Source of the DNA: an uncultured Verrucomicrobiae bacterium
GTDB taxonomy: Bacteria > Verrucomicrobiota > Verrucomicrobiia > Chthoniobacterales > UBA10450
Direction: 5' to 3'
DNA: 64,000 nucleotides
NCBI GenBank assembly: GCA_963735805.1
Contig: CAVTMK010000002.1
Location: forward strand, 640,001 to 704,000
Shown here one piece after another: positions 29,400-38,119 of the stretch (within the stretch, counting starts at the first letter, position 1; each line of letters starts with the position of its first letter). The notes below the pieces were generated by a model, which had not been told where the DNA came from, ran no database searches, and saw only the letters and a list, made by a program, of their open reading frames with translations. The translations under genes were made by a program, and so were the position numbers.

Positions 29400-30338
29400 A
29401 TGGGAACACTTCAAAACTTACCAAAAAAAATCGCAGTCCTAATGGGCGGGCCGGGTTCGGAACGCGATGTGTCGCTGGCCACTGGTCGAGGAGTTTCCAA
29501 AGCGCTCCGTTCACTGGGTGCGGATGTTGTCGACGTCGATGTTCAGGACGAACGCTTTGTGCTTCCGAAAGATGTCGATCTTGCCTTCATTACCATTCAC
29601 GGAACTTTCGGTGAAGACGGCCAGCTCCAGAAAATTCTAGAGGAGCGCGGCGTGCCTTATACCGGTGACGGCGTTGAGGCAAGTCGGACTGCGTTCGATA
29701 AAATTCTGTCGAAAGAAAAATTTCGCGAGCACAACATCGTTACTCCAGAATGGGAAGTCGTCGAAATTGGTAAACGCCCAACGATTTCGGTTCCGCTGGT
29801 AGTCAAGCCCGCCCGACAAGGTTCCACCGTTGGCGTGGTGATTGTAAAAAACGCCAGAGAGCTGGATTCGGCGATGGAGGAAGCCGGCAAGTACGATCAA
29901 AGATTGTTAATAGAAAAATTTGTATCCGGCCGCGAGTTGACGATAGGTGTCCTTGGTGATCAAGCCCTGCCGATTCTTGAAATAATTCCAAAGGGCGGTT
30001 TTTACGACTTCAACAACAAGTACCCTTTCCTGAATCCGCAGGGCGGCGGCGGCGCCGAGCATGTTTGCCCGGCGAAAATTGAACCGAATAAGACGAAACA
30101 AATTCAGGAAGAGGCGCTGCGTGCTTTTCGCGCCCTTGGCCTGGTTGTTTATGCCCGCGTGGACGTCCTGCTTTCCGATTCAGGTGATCCGTTCGTGCTG
30201 GAAGTGAACACGATTCCAGGTATGACGGAGGCCAGCCTGCTTCCAGAGGCCGCCGCAGCTGCCGGCATCAATTATGTCGATCTTTGTGCGCGTATCATCG
30301 CGCTTTCTCGCACCAGAACAGAACGGAGCTTGAAATGA
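29400..30338 (+). CDS. ddl: D-alanine--D-alanine ligase
   Basis: GGPGSERDVSL, HGTFGEDG, FYDFNNKY, LEVNTIPGMT. Confidence 0.95.
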   Translation: MGTLQNLPKKIAVLMGGPGSERDVSLATGRGVSKALRSLGADVVDVDVQDERFVLPKDVDLAFITIHGTFGEDGQLQKILEERGVPYTGDGVEASRTAFDKILSKEKFREHNIVTPEWEVVEIGKRPTISVPLVVKPARQGSTVGVVIVKNARELDSAMEEAGKYDQRLLIEKFVSGRELTIGVLGDQALPILEIIPKGGFYDFNNKYPFLNPQGGGGAEHVCPAKIEPNKTKQIQEEALRAFRALGLVVYARVDVLLSDSGDPFVLEVNTIPGMTEASLLPEAAAAAGINYVDLCARIIALSRTRTERSLK

Positions 30339-31420
30339 GGCCCGCGCAGAGACGTTCTCAATCACGTAATCGGCGAGTGTCCAATGTGCGCCAGCGGCGC
30401 CAGCAACACTTGCTTGATGTGAAGGTTCGCTCTCGCAGAGCGGCACAACACCGGGCGCGAAGAGCACTCGCAGTTCTCTCCCGAGTGGTATTGCTCGCCG
30501 CGTTGTGTGCCGCCGTTTATGCGGGGACCCGCGAAGCCGCAAGGCGTCTGTTTTTCGAAAATCCGGATTATCAGCTGAAGACGATTGAATTCCAGACGGA
30601 CGGAACCTTGCAACGCGAGCAGATCTTGAACGCCGTCGACCTCCATGAAGGCGAAAATATTTTCCGCGTGAATCTGGCTCGCGTTCACGATGTGATACAG
30701 CAACTGCCGCAGAGCGACGAAGTGCAGATCGTACGGAAACTGCCTTCGGAAATTGATATTCGTGTGGTGGAACGAAAGCCAGTCGCGTGGATCACGAGCG
30801 ACAAGGAAATTTCCGATCCATTTGCTTCAGAAGCTGCTTTTCTGGTGGATGCACGCGGTGTTTTGATGAAAGAAAAGAAGTTGTTGCCCGAATATCTCGG
30901 ATTGCCGGTCATCCTGGGATGCTCCAGCGAATCGCTCGAGGCGGGCAAAGTCGTCGAATCGTCTGAAGCAAAGACCGCCCTCGAATTGCTGCGTCTAAGC
31001 GCGCGGAGTTTCTTGCAAATGCGCTTTCAGATCCGCGAGATCGACGTTTCCGAAAGTTATCGTCTGCTGGTAACCGACAAGGATCATAGCCGCGTAACGT
31101 TTGGTTATAATGATCTCGAAACGCAATTGCGCCGGCTGGAACAATTCCTCGTCTATTGTGACGATTCAAAACAGGAACTCGCGACGTTAAACCTGCTCGT
31201 GCAACGAAATATCCCGGTGACTTTCGCACCGAGGGCGGCCGCAGTCATTAACGATACCATCGAGCCTCCGGTAGAACCGCGAATTATGAAGGCGATTCCG
31301 GTGCATCCTTCTGAAACCGCCCCTCGTCAAGGGTCTCGAGGACCAGGGACGGTGTCACCTCCGCCCAAGACGCGTGCCAGTTCAAAACCGCCCCCCAAAG
31401 CAATTTCCATTCAGCGATAG
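30335..31420 (+). CDS. ftsQ: Cell division protein FtsQ/DivIB
   Basis: Basic cytoplasmic N-terminus, TM, POTRA-like region ending RKLPSEIDIRVVERKPVA; lies before ftsA. Confidence 0.85.
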   Translation: MRPAQRRSQSRNRRVSNVRQRRQQHLLDVKVRSRRAAQHRARRALAVLSRVVLLAALCAAVYAGTREAARRLFFENPDYQLKTIEFQTDGTLQREQILNAVDLHEGENIFRVNLARVHDVIQQLPQSDEVQIVRKLPSEIDIRVVERKPVAWITSDKEISDPFASEAAFLVDARGVLMKEKKLLPEYLGLPVILGCSSESLEAGKVVESSEAKTALELLRLSARSFLQMRFQIREIDVSESYRLLVTDKDHSRVTFGYNDLETQLRRLEQFLVYCDDSKQELATLNLLVQRNIPVTFAPRAAAVINDTIEPPVEPRIMKAIPVHPSETAPRQGSRGPGTVSPPPKTRASSKPPPKAISIQR

Positions 31421-31436
31421 AAAACGGATTAACACA

Positions 31437-32645
31437 ATGGCGAGCAATAATTTGATGATTGGTCTTGAGATTGGAACTTCGAAAATCTGTGTTGTTGTCG
31501 GCGAGAGCCGGCCTGACGGCACCGTCAAGATTCTCGGCGTCGGACAGACGCCATCACGCGGCGTGCGTAAGGGCGAAATCGTTGATTTTGAAACAGCGAT
31601 GAAATGCGTCCATGAAGCTGTGGTCGATGCCGAACAAAAAAGCGATGTCATGATTCGGAGCGTTTATGTCGCTGTTGGCGGGTCGCACCTTCAAAGCTTC
31701 AATAATCGCGGATGCGTCACGCTGTCGGAGGATCGGGATGAAATTGACGACCAAGATGTCGAAGACGTGAAAATCAATGCGCGTGAGGTGAGCATTCCCG
31801 CGCAAAACGCTTTCCTTCATTCGATCATTCAGCATTATCATGTCGATGGACAGAACGGTGTGCTGAACCCAGTCGGCATGCTGGCGCAGAGATTAGAAGC
31901 CGACTTCCACATTATTCACGGTGTCCGGACGCGGATCCAGAACACGATCCGGTGCGTGAAAGAATTGCCGTTGGACGTGGAAGACGTGGTTTTTGGCGGC
32001 CTTGCATCCGCCCAGGTGGTCCTCACGCAACACCAAAAAGATCTCGGAGCACTGGTGCTCGATATCGGCGGCGGGACGACTGACTACGTTTTGTACGCGG
32101 ACGGTGCGGTGAAGCAAAGCGGTTGTATTGCGATCGGCGGCGACCACATCACCAATGACATCTCAATGGGATTGCGGATCCCAATGGCCCGCGCGGAGAA
32201 ACTCAAAACCGAGGAGGGAAGTTGTGTATTGGGCAATTGCTTCCCGGGCGAAATGATTTTGCTAAAGGACGATTCCGGCTTCGCCGGGAAAGAGATCGAG
32301 CGCGAGACTTTGAACACGATCATTCATTTGCGCTTGCGGGAAACTCTTGAGTTGCTCAAGCGCAGACTCGATGAAGAGCCGTTCATCAATTACCTGGGCG
32401 GTGGTATTTTCATTACGGGCGGATGCAGCCTCCTAAATGGCATCGGCAATCTTGCGGAAGAGATCTTCGAAATGCCCGCGCACGTCGCACACGCTCAAAC
32501 AACATCGGGCGTGACGTCTGCAGTGGAGAACCCACAATTTTCAACTGCAATCGGGTTGATCAAATATGCTCAGGCCGTGCAAACAGATCGGCCGACTCGA
32601 GGAATTGGGCGAATCCTGGGAAGAATTTTTAGCGGAAGACGATGA
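31437..32645 (+). CDS. ftsA: Cell division protein FtsA
   Basis: GLEIGTSKI, LDIGGGTTD, GGDHITNDI, ITGG, STAIGL. Confidence 0.95.
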   Translation: MASNNLMIGLEIGTSKICVVVGESRPDGTVKILGVGQTPSRGVRKGEIVDFETAMKCVHEAVVDAEQKSDVMIRSVYVAVGGSHLQSFNNRGCVTLSEDRDEIDDQDVEDVKINAREVSIPAQNAFLHSIIQHYHVDGQNGVLNPVGMLAQRLEADFHIIHGVRTRIQNTIRCVKELPLDVEDVVFGGLASAQVVLTQHQKDLGALVLDIGGGTTDYVLYADGAVKQSGCIAIGGDHITNDISMGLRIPMARAEKLKTEEGSCVLGNCFPGEMILLKDDSGFAGKEIERETLNTIIHLRLRETLELLKRRLDEEPFINYLGGGIFITGGCSLLNGIGNLAEEIFEMPAHVAHAQTTSGVTSAVENPQFSTAIGLIKYAQAVQTDRPTRGIGRILGRIFSGRR

Positions 32646-32751
32646 AGCCAAGAGCAGTGAAAACCTCAAAATGATTAAATCGGTTAACAGTGAAATCAGT
32701 CGCGATGAACCCAGTTTAACCATGTAACCCATCTAACCTTTTACCCATCCA

Positions 32752-34179
32752 ATGATTCAACTTAGCAAAAACTACACTCTCCCAGAGCGCGCGGAGGAAT
32801 TTATTCCAATTAAAATCGTCAGTGTTGGTGGCGCCGGCCTGAACGCAGTCGACCGCATAGTGCTCGACGGCTTGGAAGGCGCAGACGTCTTGGCCGTCAA
32901 TACCGATGTGCAATCGCTCGCGAGCTCGGTTGCCGCGCACAAAGTCCAGCTAGGGCGCACCGTTACCCGTGGCCTGGGAGCCGGTGGCGATCCCGAGGTG
33001 GGTTATCAGGCGGCTTTCGAATCGACAGAGGAGATTCGCGAGTCGTTGGTTGGTGCCAGAATGATCTTCGTTTGCGCAGGACTCGGAGGGGGCACCGGGT
33101 CGGGCGCGGCCCCGTATGTGGCCCATCTCGCTCGCGAGGCAGGTGCGCTGGTGCTCGCGTTCGCAACACTTCCATTTTCGTTCGAAGGCAGGCGCCGCAA
33201 CGCGCAGGCACGCGAAGCTTTGTCTCGCCTGAACGAGATTGCGAACGCCGTAGTTTGTTTTGAAAACGATCAGATGGGGGACATGGTCGCTCCACATGCA
33301 GGAATTCATCAGGCATTTTCCAAGGCCGACACGACCATCAGCCAAAGTGTTCGTTCGATTGTAAATCTGATTCAGCGTCCAGGGCTCATTCGCATAGGCT
33401 TCGACGATTTGCTTTCTGCCTTACGCAGCCGCAACGGGCGATGCCTGTTCGGCTTTGGCGAATCCGATTCGGACAATCGCGCTCACGATGCTCTCGCACA
33501 GGCGCTCAAGAGTCCTCTAATGGATCGAGGTCGCACACTTGCGGATGCCGCGCGGGTGCTCGTCCAGGTGGCAGGCGGGCCGGCTATGACGCTCTCCGAA
33601 GTCGAAATCGTCATGAAGGAACTCGACCGGCATGTTAGCGACGAAACACAGATTCTTTTCGGAACCGCCGTGGACGGCCGATTAGGAGATCGCTTGAGCG
33701 TGACGATTATCAGTTCACTGACCGCGGATGAGAATTTGCCACAGACTCAACCTCCGCTGAGCAACGCGCCGTCAATGCCGCCGGTGTGGGAACAGCCTCA
33801 CCAGAGTTCGCCAGAGGTTGAGGTCGAGCCCGAGCCCGAACCGACACCAATCGAAGATTTTCAGCCGACAGAGACAACTCCTGTTGAGGAGCCTCATCTC
33901 ACCGAGGTCGAAGGCGTGCCAGCGCCGCCTGTCGAATTAGTCCCGAACACCTTTGAAGTTGTCGAGACGCCCGAGCCGCCCATGAGCACCCCACGGAGGA
34001 AGCCGGACCCTCCAAAAGAGGAAAAAGCGTCGGCTGAAAAGTCCATGCAAGCCAAACAGGAAGTTTTGCAGTTCGAGCCGGTGAATCGTGGTCGCTTTGA
34101 AAAGAGCGAGCCGACCATCGTCGAAGGCGAAGATCTCGACGTTCCGACCTACTTGCGGAAAAAAATCAAGGTGAAGTGA
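32752..34179 (+). CDS. ftsZ: Cell division protein FtsZ
   Basis: VGGAGLN, NTDVQ, GLGAGGDP, GGGTGSG, PFSFEG, acidic linker and C-terminal LDVPTYLR. Confidence 0.93.
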   Translation: MIQLSKNYTLPERAEEFIPIKIVSVGGAGLNAVDRIVLDGLEGADVLAVNTDVQSLASSVAAHKVQLGRTVTRGLGAGGDPEVGYQAAFESTEEIRESLVGARMIFVCAGLGGGTGSGAAPYVAHLAREAGALVLAFATLPFSFEGRRRNAQAREALSRLNEIANAVVCFENDQMGDMVAPHAGIHQAFSKADTTISQSVRSIVNLIQRPGLIRIGFDDLLSALRSRNGRCLFGFGESDSDNRAHDALAQALKSPLMDRGRTLADAARVLVQVAGGPAMTLSEVEIVMKELDRHVSDETQILFGTAVDGRLGDRLSVTIISSLTADENLPQTQPPLSNAPSMPPVWEQPHQSSPEVEVEPEPEPTPIEDFQPTETTPVEEPHLTEVEGVPAPPVELVPNTFEVVETPEPPMSTPRRKPDPPKEEKASAEKSMQAKQEVLQFEPVNRGRFEKSEPTIVEGEDLDVPTYLRKKIKVK

Positions 34180-34195
34180 TGCGTCGGGCGCCAAA

Positions 34196-34270
34196 TCGTA
34201 ATTAGTTAAATCGGTGAATCATAATTCGGGTCCGGTCCCGAATTTTCGAATTATGAATCCCGGATTACGA
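34196..34270. terminator. Nested inverted repeats between convergent ftsZ and amidohydrolase genes (likely bidirectional terminator)
   Basis: tcataattcg/cgaattatga, aattcggg/cccgaatt and tcgtaat/attacga pairs. Confidence 0.5.
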
Positions 34271-34286
34271 ATTGCACACGGTCGCT

Positions 34287-35630
34287 CTATTTTTTCATTA
34301 GGTCGAGCACGGCACTCGTCATTCCGATGATCCCTACACGGATTGTTGGCTCGGGAACGGGAGCGAATTTGCTCGAATGCAGAGTAGGCAATTCTTTTCC
34401 CTCCTGTTTGTACTCCGCGATCTTTGCTGGCTCGACTGCGCCGATATGAAAATCGACCGCCGGAATGGAGTGGTCCGGCAGGCTGTATTCGGAAAAATCC
34501 TCACCGCCCATCGTTGCATCGACCATCTTGACGTTGTCGTTGCCTAACGACTTTTTCCAAACAGCGACAAGCCGTTTGGTGAGTTCGGGGTTGTTGTAAG
34601 TCGCTGGCGTAAATTGATCTTTTGACACGGTGACAATCGGCGCGCGATCCGGCGGGACCCCTCCCGCGGCTGCGATTCCTTTGGCGATCCTATCAATCGC
34701 TGCCAACACACGCTCGCGCGTCTCAGATTTATAAGTGCGGACCGTCAACTGCATTTTCACTTCATCCGGAATGATGTTGTGCTTTGTTCCGCCGTGGATG
34801 GAACCGACCGTAACAACTATTGGATCGAGCGGATTATTTTCCCGGCTTGCGATGGTTTGCCAGTCGTTGATCATTTCCGCCGCGAGAACGATCGGATCTT
34901 TAGTCTTGTAAGGGTACGCACCGTGTCCGCCCACGCCTCGGACGGTCACATCGACTGAATCTACATTGGCGTAAGTGTAACCTTCGGTTACGCCGATGCG
35001 GCCGGTTTCCAGATCGGCTTTGTCATGAAACCCGAGCGCAAAGTTCGGTCTGCCGAATTTTTCGTAGAGGTTGTCTCTGAGTAATGCACGCGCGCCATTC
35101 CCAGTCTCCTCGGCGGGTTGGGCCACGAACAGGATCGTGCCGTGCCATTGATCTTTTAGCTTTGAAAGGGCCTGAGCAGTGCCGATGAACGCCGCCACGT
35201 GTGCGTCGTGTCCGCAGGCGTGCATCACATGCACATCCTTGCCTTCGTCGTTTTTGGTGACGACTTTGCTCGCGTACGGCAGGCCAGTTTCTTCATCTAC
35301 AGGCAGCGCATCCATGTCCGTGCGCACAAGCACAGTCGGCCCTTCGCCATTCTTCATCACGCCTACCACGCCGTAACCCTTCAATTTCGGGTTTTCATAC
35401 TTGCCGAGATGCTCGGTGACCTGGCAACCTGCCGCGCGCAATTCTTTTGCAATTAACGCTGCAGTGCGCTCTTCGTGTCCGGATAGTTCCGGATGACTGT
35501 GAATGTCCTTGTAGATCGCGAGCAATGAAGGCAGCTCTGAATCAGCGAGCGATTGCTGGGTTTGCTGTGCGAAGGTCGAAACTGCTAGCAAAACCAACGA
35601 CGACAAGAACGAGACAAAGCGAATCTGCAT
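34287..35630 (-). CDS. Secreted M20D amidohydrolase
   Basis: Signal peptide; HSHPELSGHE, RTDMDALP, MHACGHDAH, QPAEE, GGEDFS, LHSS. Confidence 0.9.
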   Translation of the reverse strand: MQIRFVSFLSSLVLLAVSTFAQQTQQSLADSELPSLLAIYKDIHSHPELSGHEERTAALIAKELRAAGCQVTEHLGKYENPKLKGYGVVGVMKNGEGPTVLVRTDMDALPVDEETGLPYASKVVTKNDEGKDVHVMHACGHDAHVAAFIGTAQALSKLKDQWHGTILFVAQPAEETGNGARALLRDNLYEKFGRPNFALGFHDKADLETGRIGVTEGYTYANVDSVDVTVRGVGGHGAYPYKTKDPIVLAAEMINDWQTIASRENNPLDPIVVTVGSIHGGTKHNIIPDEVKMQLTVRTYKSETRERVLAAIDRIAKGIAAAGGVPPDRAPIVTVSKDQFTPATYNNPELTKRLVAVWKKSLGNDNVKMVDATMGGEDFSEYSLPDHSIPAVDFHIGAVEPAKIAEYKQEGKELPTLHSSKFAPVPEPTIRVGIIGMTSAVLDLMKK

Positions 35631-35676
35631 ATCCCATTTATAGCAGAAATTTGGCGCCACAGGCGCGTTTATCTGG

Positions 35677-35750
35677 CAACGCGTTGAGGACAACGCGTTC
35701 CACCTTGGCGCGTCGCGTCAAAGGTGGATCGGCTTCTCCGAAGGCGATGC
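35677..35750. repeat. Pair of GGTGGA-type REP-like palindromes
   Basis: caacgcgttgaggacaacgcgttccacc (reverse orientation) and ggtggatcggcttctccgaaggcgatg. The first 17 nt of the latter recur at 56759. Confidence 0.6.
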
Positions 35751-35821
35751 CAAGCGAAATCGCCGAAAGCCCAAATTTTGGGACGCGACGGCGCGCAACC
35801 TCCCATTTACGTTAAATCTCC

Positions 35822-38119
35822 ATGGAATTCGAGAAGAATACCTTGCTCTTCGGCGCTGATCCAACGCCGCGCATCGTGGCCATTGAGCTCGGTGAAACCG
35901 GAACTGTTAAGGTTTATCGTCGGGAGACAGACGGATTGACCGTTGCCGACGTCGAGCCTTTTCATCCATTTGCCTGGTGCGACTCGGATGTTGTGGATCT
36001 TGGCATCGAATCCGAAAAACTTGAGAGCAATCTCAAGTATGGCTGGCTGGTCAAAGTCGATAGCTGGAAGGAACTCATCGCATTACGCAACGGGCTCAAA
36101 AACTCCGGGCGCGATTTCTTTGCGTTTACCGATCCCGTGCAGCATTACCTCACGGCGACCGGCCGGACGTTGTTTAAAGATCTGCGGTTTGAAGAACTGA
36201 AACGGTTACAAATCGAGGTTCTTGCTGCAACCGGGGTTGCTGACCCCGGCGCCGCAGCCAGCGACCGCGGCTACAACAGCGATCACATCATGTCCATCGC
36301 GCTCTCGGATAGCGCCGGGTTTGAAGAACTGCTGATTGTCGATCCAAAAAATGTCGACGAATCGGAGCACGCCGCACTGAAACGCCTGACCGCGATTATC
36401 AAAGAGCGGGATCCGGACGTGATCGAAGGTCACGACTTGTTCCGTTTCGATCTGCCGTATCTGGTCGCGCGTGCGAAAAAGGCAAAAACCAAACTCGATT
36501 GGGGACGCAGCGACGGATTCCTGCGCTCGCGGCCGTCACGACTCCAAATCGCCGAGAAAACAATCGACTATCCAAAGTTCACAGTCGGCGGCCGGCACTT
36601 CGTCGATACTTTTTTGCTCGCACAATTTTACGACATCGGCATGCGTTCTCTCGCTGGCTTCGAGCGGACTGATGTCGCCCGGCATTTCGATCTCTGTGAC
36701 AGTGGAGAAATATCCGCGTTGACAGGCAAAGAATTGCAATCTGCGTACCTGGCGAATTCGGAACAATTTCGACGACGCGCACTGTGCGGTGTCCGCGAGA
36801 CGCGGGCACTATCGCAACTTTTAAGCGCGAGTTACTTCATTCAGGCGCAGATTTTTCCCTACAACTATCAAGATGTAATCGTCCGCGGCAACGCGACGCG
36901 GATCAATGCGCTATTTCTGCGTGAATATTTCCGGCAACGCCATTCCATTCCTGAGTTGCCGATGGCGCGGGGCTTCGAGGGTGGTTTCACCGACGTCTTC
37001 TTCACCGGGGTTGCGCAGAACGTGTGGCATTGCGACGTCGCGTCGCTCTATCCGTCGATCATGTTGAAATTCGATTGCTTTCCGGTAAGCGACCAGTTGC
37101 AGATCTTCCGCCATTTACTTACTGACCTGCGCACGTTTCGACTGGCAACGAAGGCCGAAATGCGCGCGGAGAAAGATCCCGCGAAGCAACATCACCTCCA
37201 GGCGTTGCAAAATACGTTCAAGATTTTGCTCAACAGTTTCTATGGTTATCTGGGCTTTGCGCAGGGGCATTTTGCCGATTTCGATGCCGCCGCGCGTGTG
37301 ACACAGATCGGACGCGACTTATTGAAGAAGATGATTGACTGGTTAGGCAAACGCGGCGCGAAAGTCATTGAAGTCGATACGGACGGAATTTATTTTGTTC
37401 CACCGCCAGATGCTGTAGCCGGCGGCGGTGACGCCGGTCACCGAAGAGATGGTCGCGCGCGAGGCAGGCCGGGGTCGACGCCCCCGGCTACAACAATCGA
37501 TCGCCTGCGCCAGGGTCTGGCAGAGGAGTTGCCCGAGGGAATTGAAATCGATTTCGATGAGCAATTCGACGCCATGTTCAGCTACAAGGCGAAGAACTAC
37601 GCGCTCCTTACGAAAGGCGGCGATGTCATCATCAAGGGCGGCGCTCTCAAGTCGAGGGGCCTGGAGAAATTCCAGCGAGTTTTTCTGGAGGAAATGATCA
37701 AACTGATCATGCAGGGAAAACCGGAGGCGATTGCTGATCTTCGGAACGAATTCGAGAGAAAAATCCGGAATCGCGAATGGAAAATCGATATGCTGATGAA
37801 GACCGATACGCTCCAGGATTCTCTGGATAAATATCGCGCAAAGATCGCCGGCTCTACGCGCAACCGCGCCGCCGCCTACGAGCTGGCTCTTGCCAGCGAC
37901 CGGAGTTACAGGCCCGGGGATCAAATCAGTTATTACATCAGAGCTACGCCAAAGAAGGTCCCTGCCTACGAAGCAGCGAAACTGGCTTCCGAGTTCGATC
38001 CACAAGACCGCGATGAAAACGTCGATTACTACGTTTTCAAGCTCGATGAACTAGTGAAGAAGTTCCACGGCCTCACAGATGCCGCTTCCGCTCTGAAACA
38101 GGAGAGTCTGGCGCTTTAG
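35822..38119 (+). CDS. polB: Family B DNA polymerase with degenerate 3'-5' exonuclease motifs
   Basis: Motif A DVASLYPSIM, motif B KILLNSFYGYLG, motif C DTDG, KNY; exo-domain remnant DPDVIEGHDLFRFDLPYL. Confidence 0.9.
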   Translation: MEFEKNTLLFGADPTPRIVAIELGETGTVKVYRRETDGLTVADVEPFHPFAWCDSDVVDLGIESEKLESNLKYGWLVKVDSWKELIALRNGLKNSGRDFFAFTDPVQHYLTATGRTLFKDLRFEELKRLQIEVLAATGVADPGAAASDRGYNSDHIMSIALSDSAGFEELLIVDPKNVDESEHAALKRLTAIIKERDPDVIEGHDLFRFDLPYLVARAKKAKTKLDWGRSDGFLRSRPSRLQIAEKTIDYPKFTVGGRHFVDTFLLAQFYDIGMRSLAGFERTDVARHFDLCDSGEISALTGKELQSAYLANSEQFRRRALCGVRETRALSQLLSASYFIQAQIFPYNYQDVIVRGNATRINALFLREYFRQRHSIPELPMARGFEGGFTDVFFTGVAQNVWHCDVASLYPSIMLKFDCFPVSDQLQIFRHLLTDLRTFRLATKAEMRAEKDPAKQHHLQALQNTFKILLNSFYGYLGFAQGHFADFDAAARVTQIGRDLLKKMIDWLGKRGAKVIEVDTDGIYFVPPPDAVAGGGDAGHRRDGRARGRPGSTPPATTIDRLRQGLAEELPEGIEIDFDEQFDAMFSYKAKNYALLTKGGDVIIKGGALKSRGLEKFQRVFLEEMIKLIMQGKPEAIADLRNEFERKIRNREWKIDMLMKTDTLQDSLDKYRAKIAGSTRNRAAAYELALASDRSYRPGDQISYYIRATPKKVPAYEAAKLASEFDPQDRDENVDYYVFKLDELVKKFHGLTDAASALKQESLAL
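36226..36276. repeat. GTAG-family REP doublet inside polB (insert 1)
   Basis: tgcaaccggggttgctgaccccggc...gccagcgaccgcggctaca. Confidence 0.65.
37414..37492. repeat. GTAG-family REPIN inside polB (insert 2)
   Basis: Terminal inverted repeats tgtagccgg...ccggctaca; each arm has its own hairpin. Confidence 0.8.

Noticed and set aside
35822..38119. Inteins as the explanation for the PolB insertions
   Set aside because: The inserts are under 30 aa and lack Cys/Ser...His-Asn splice junctions; their DNA is REP-like.
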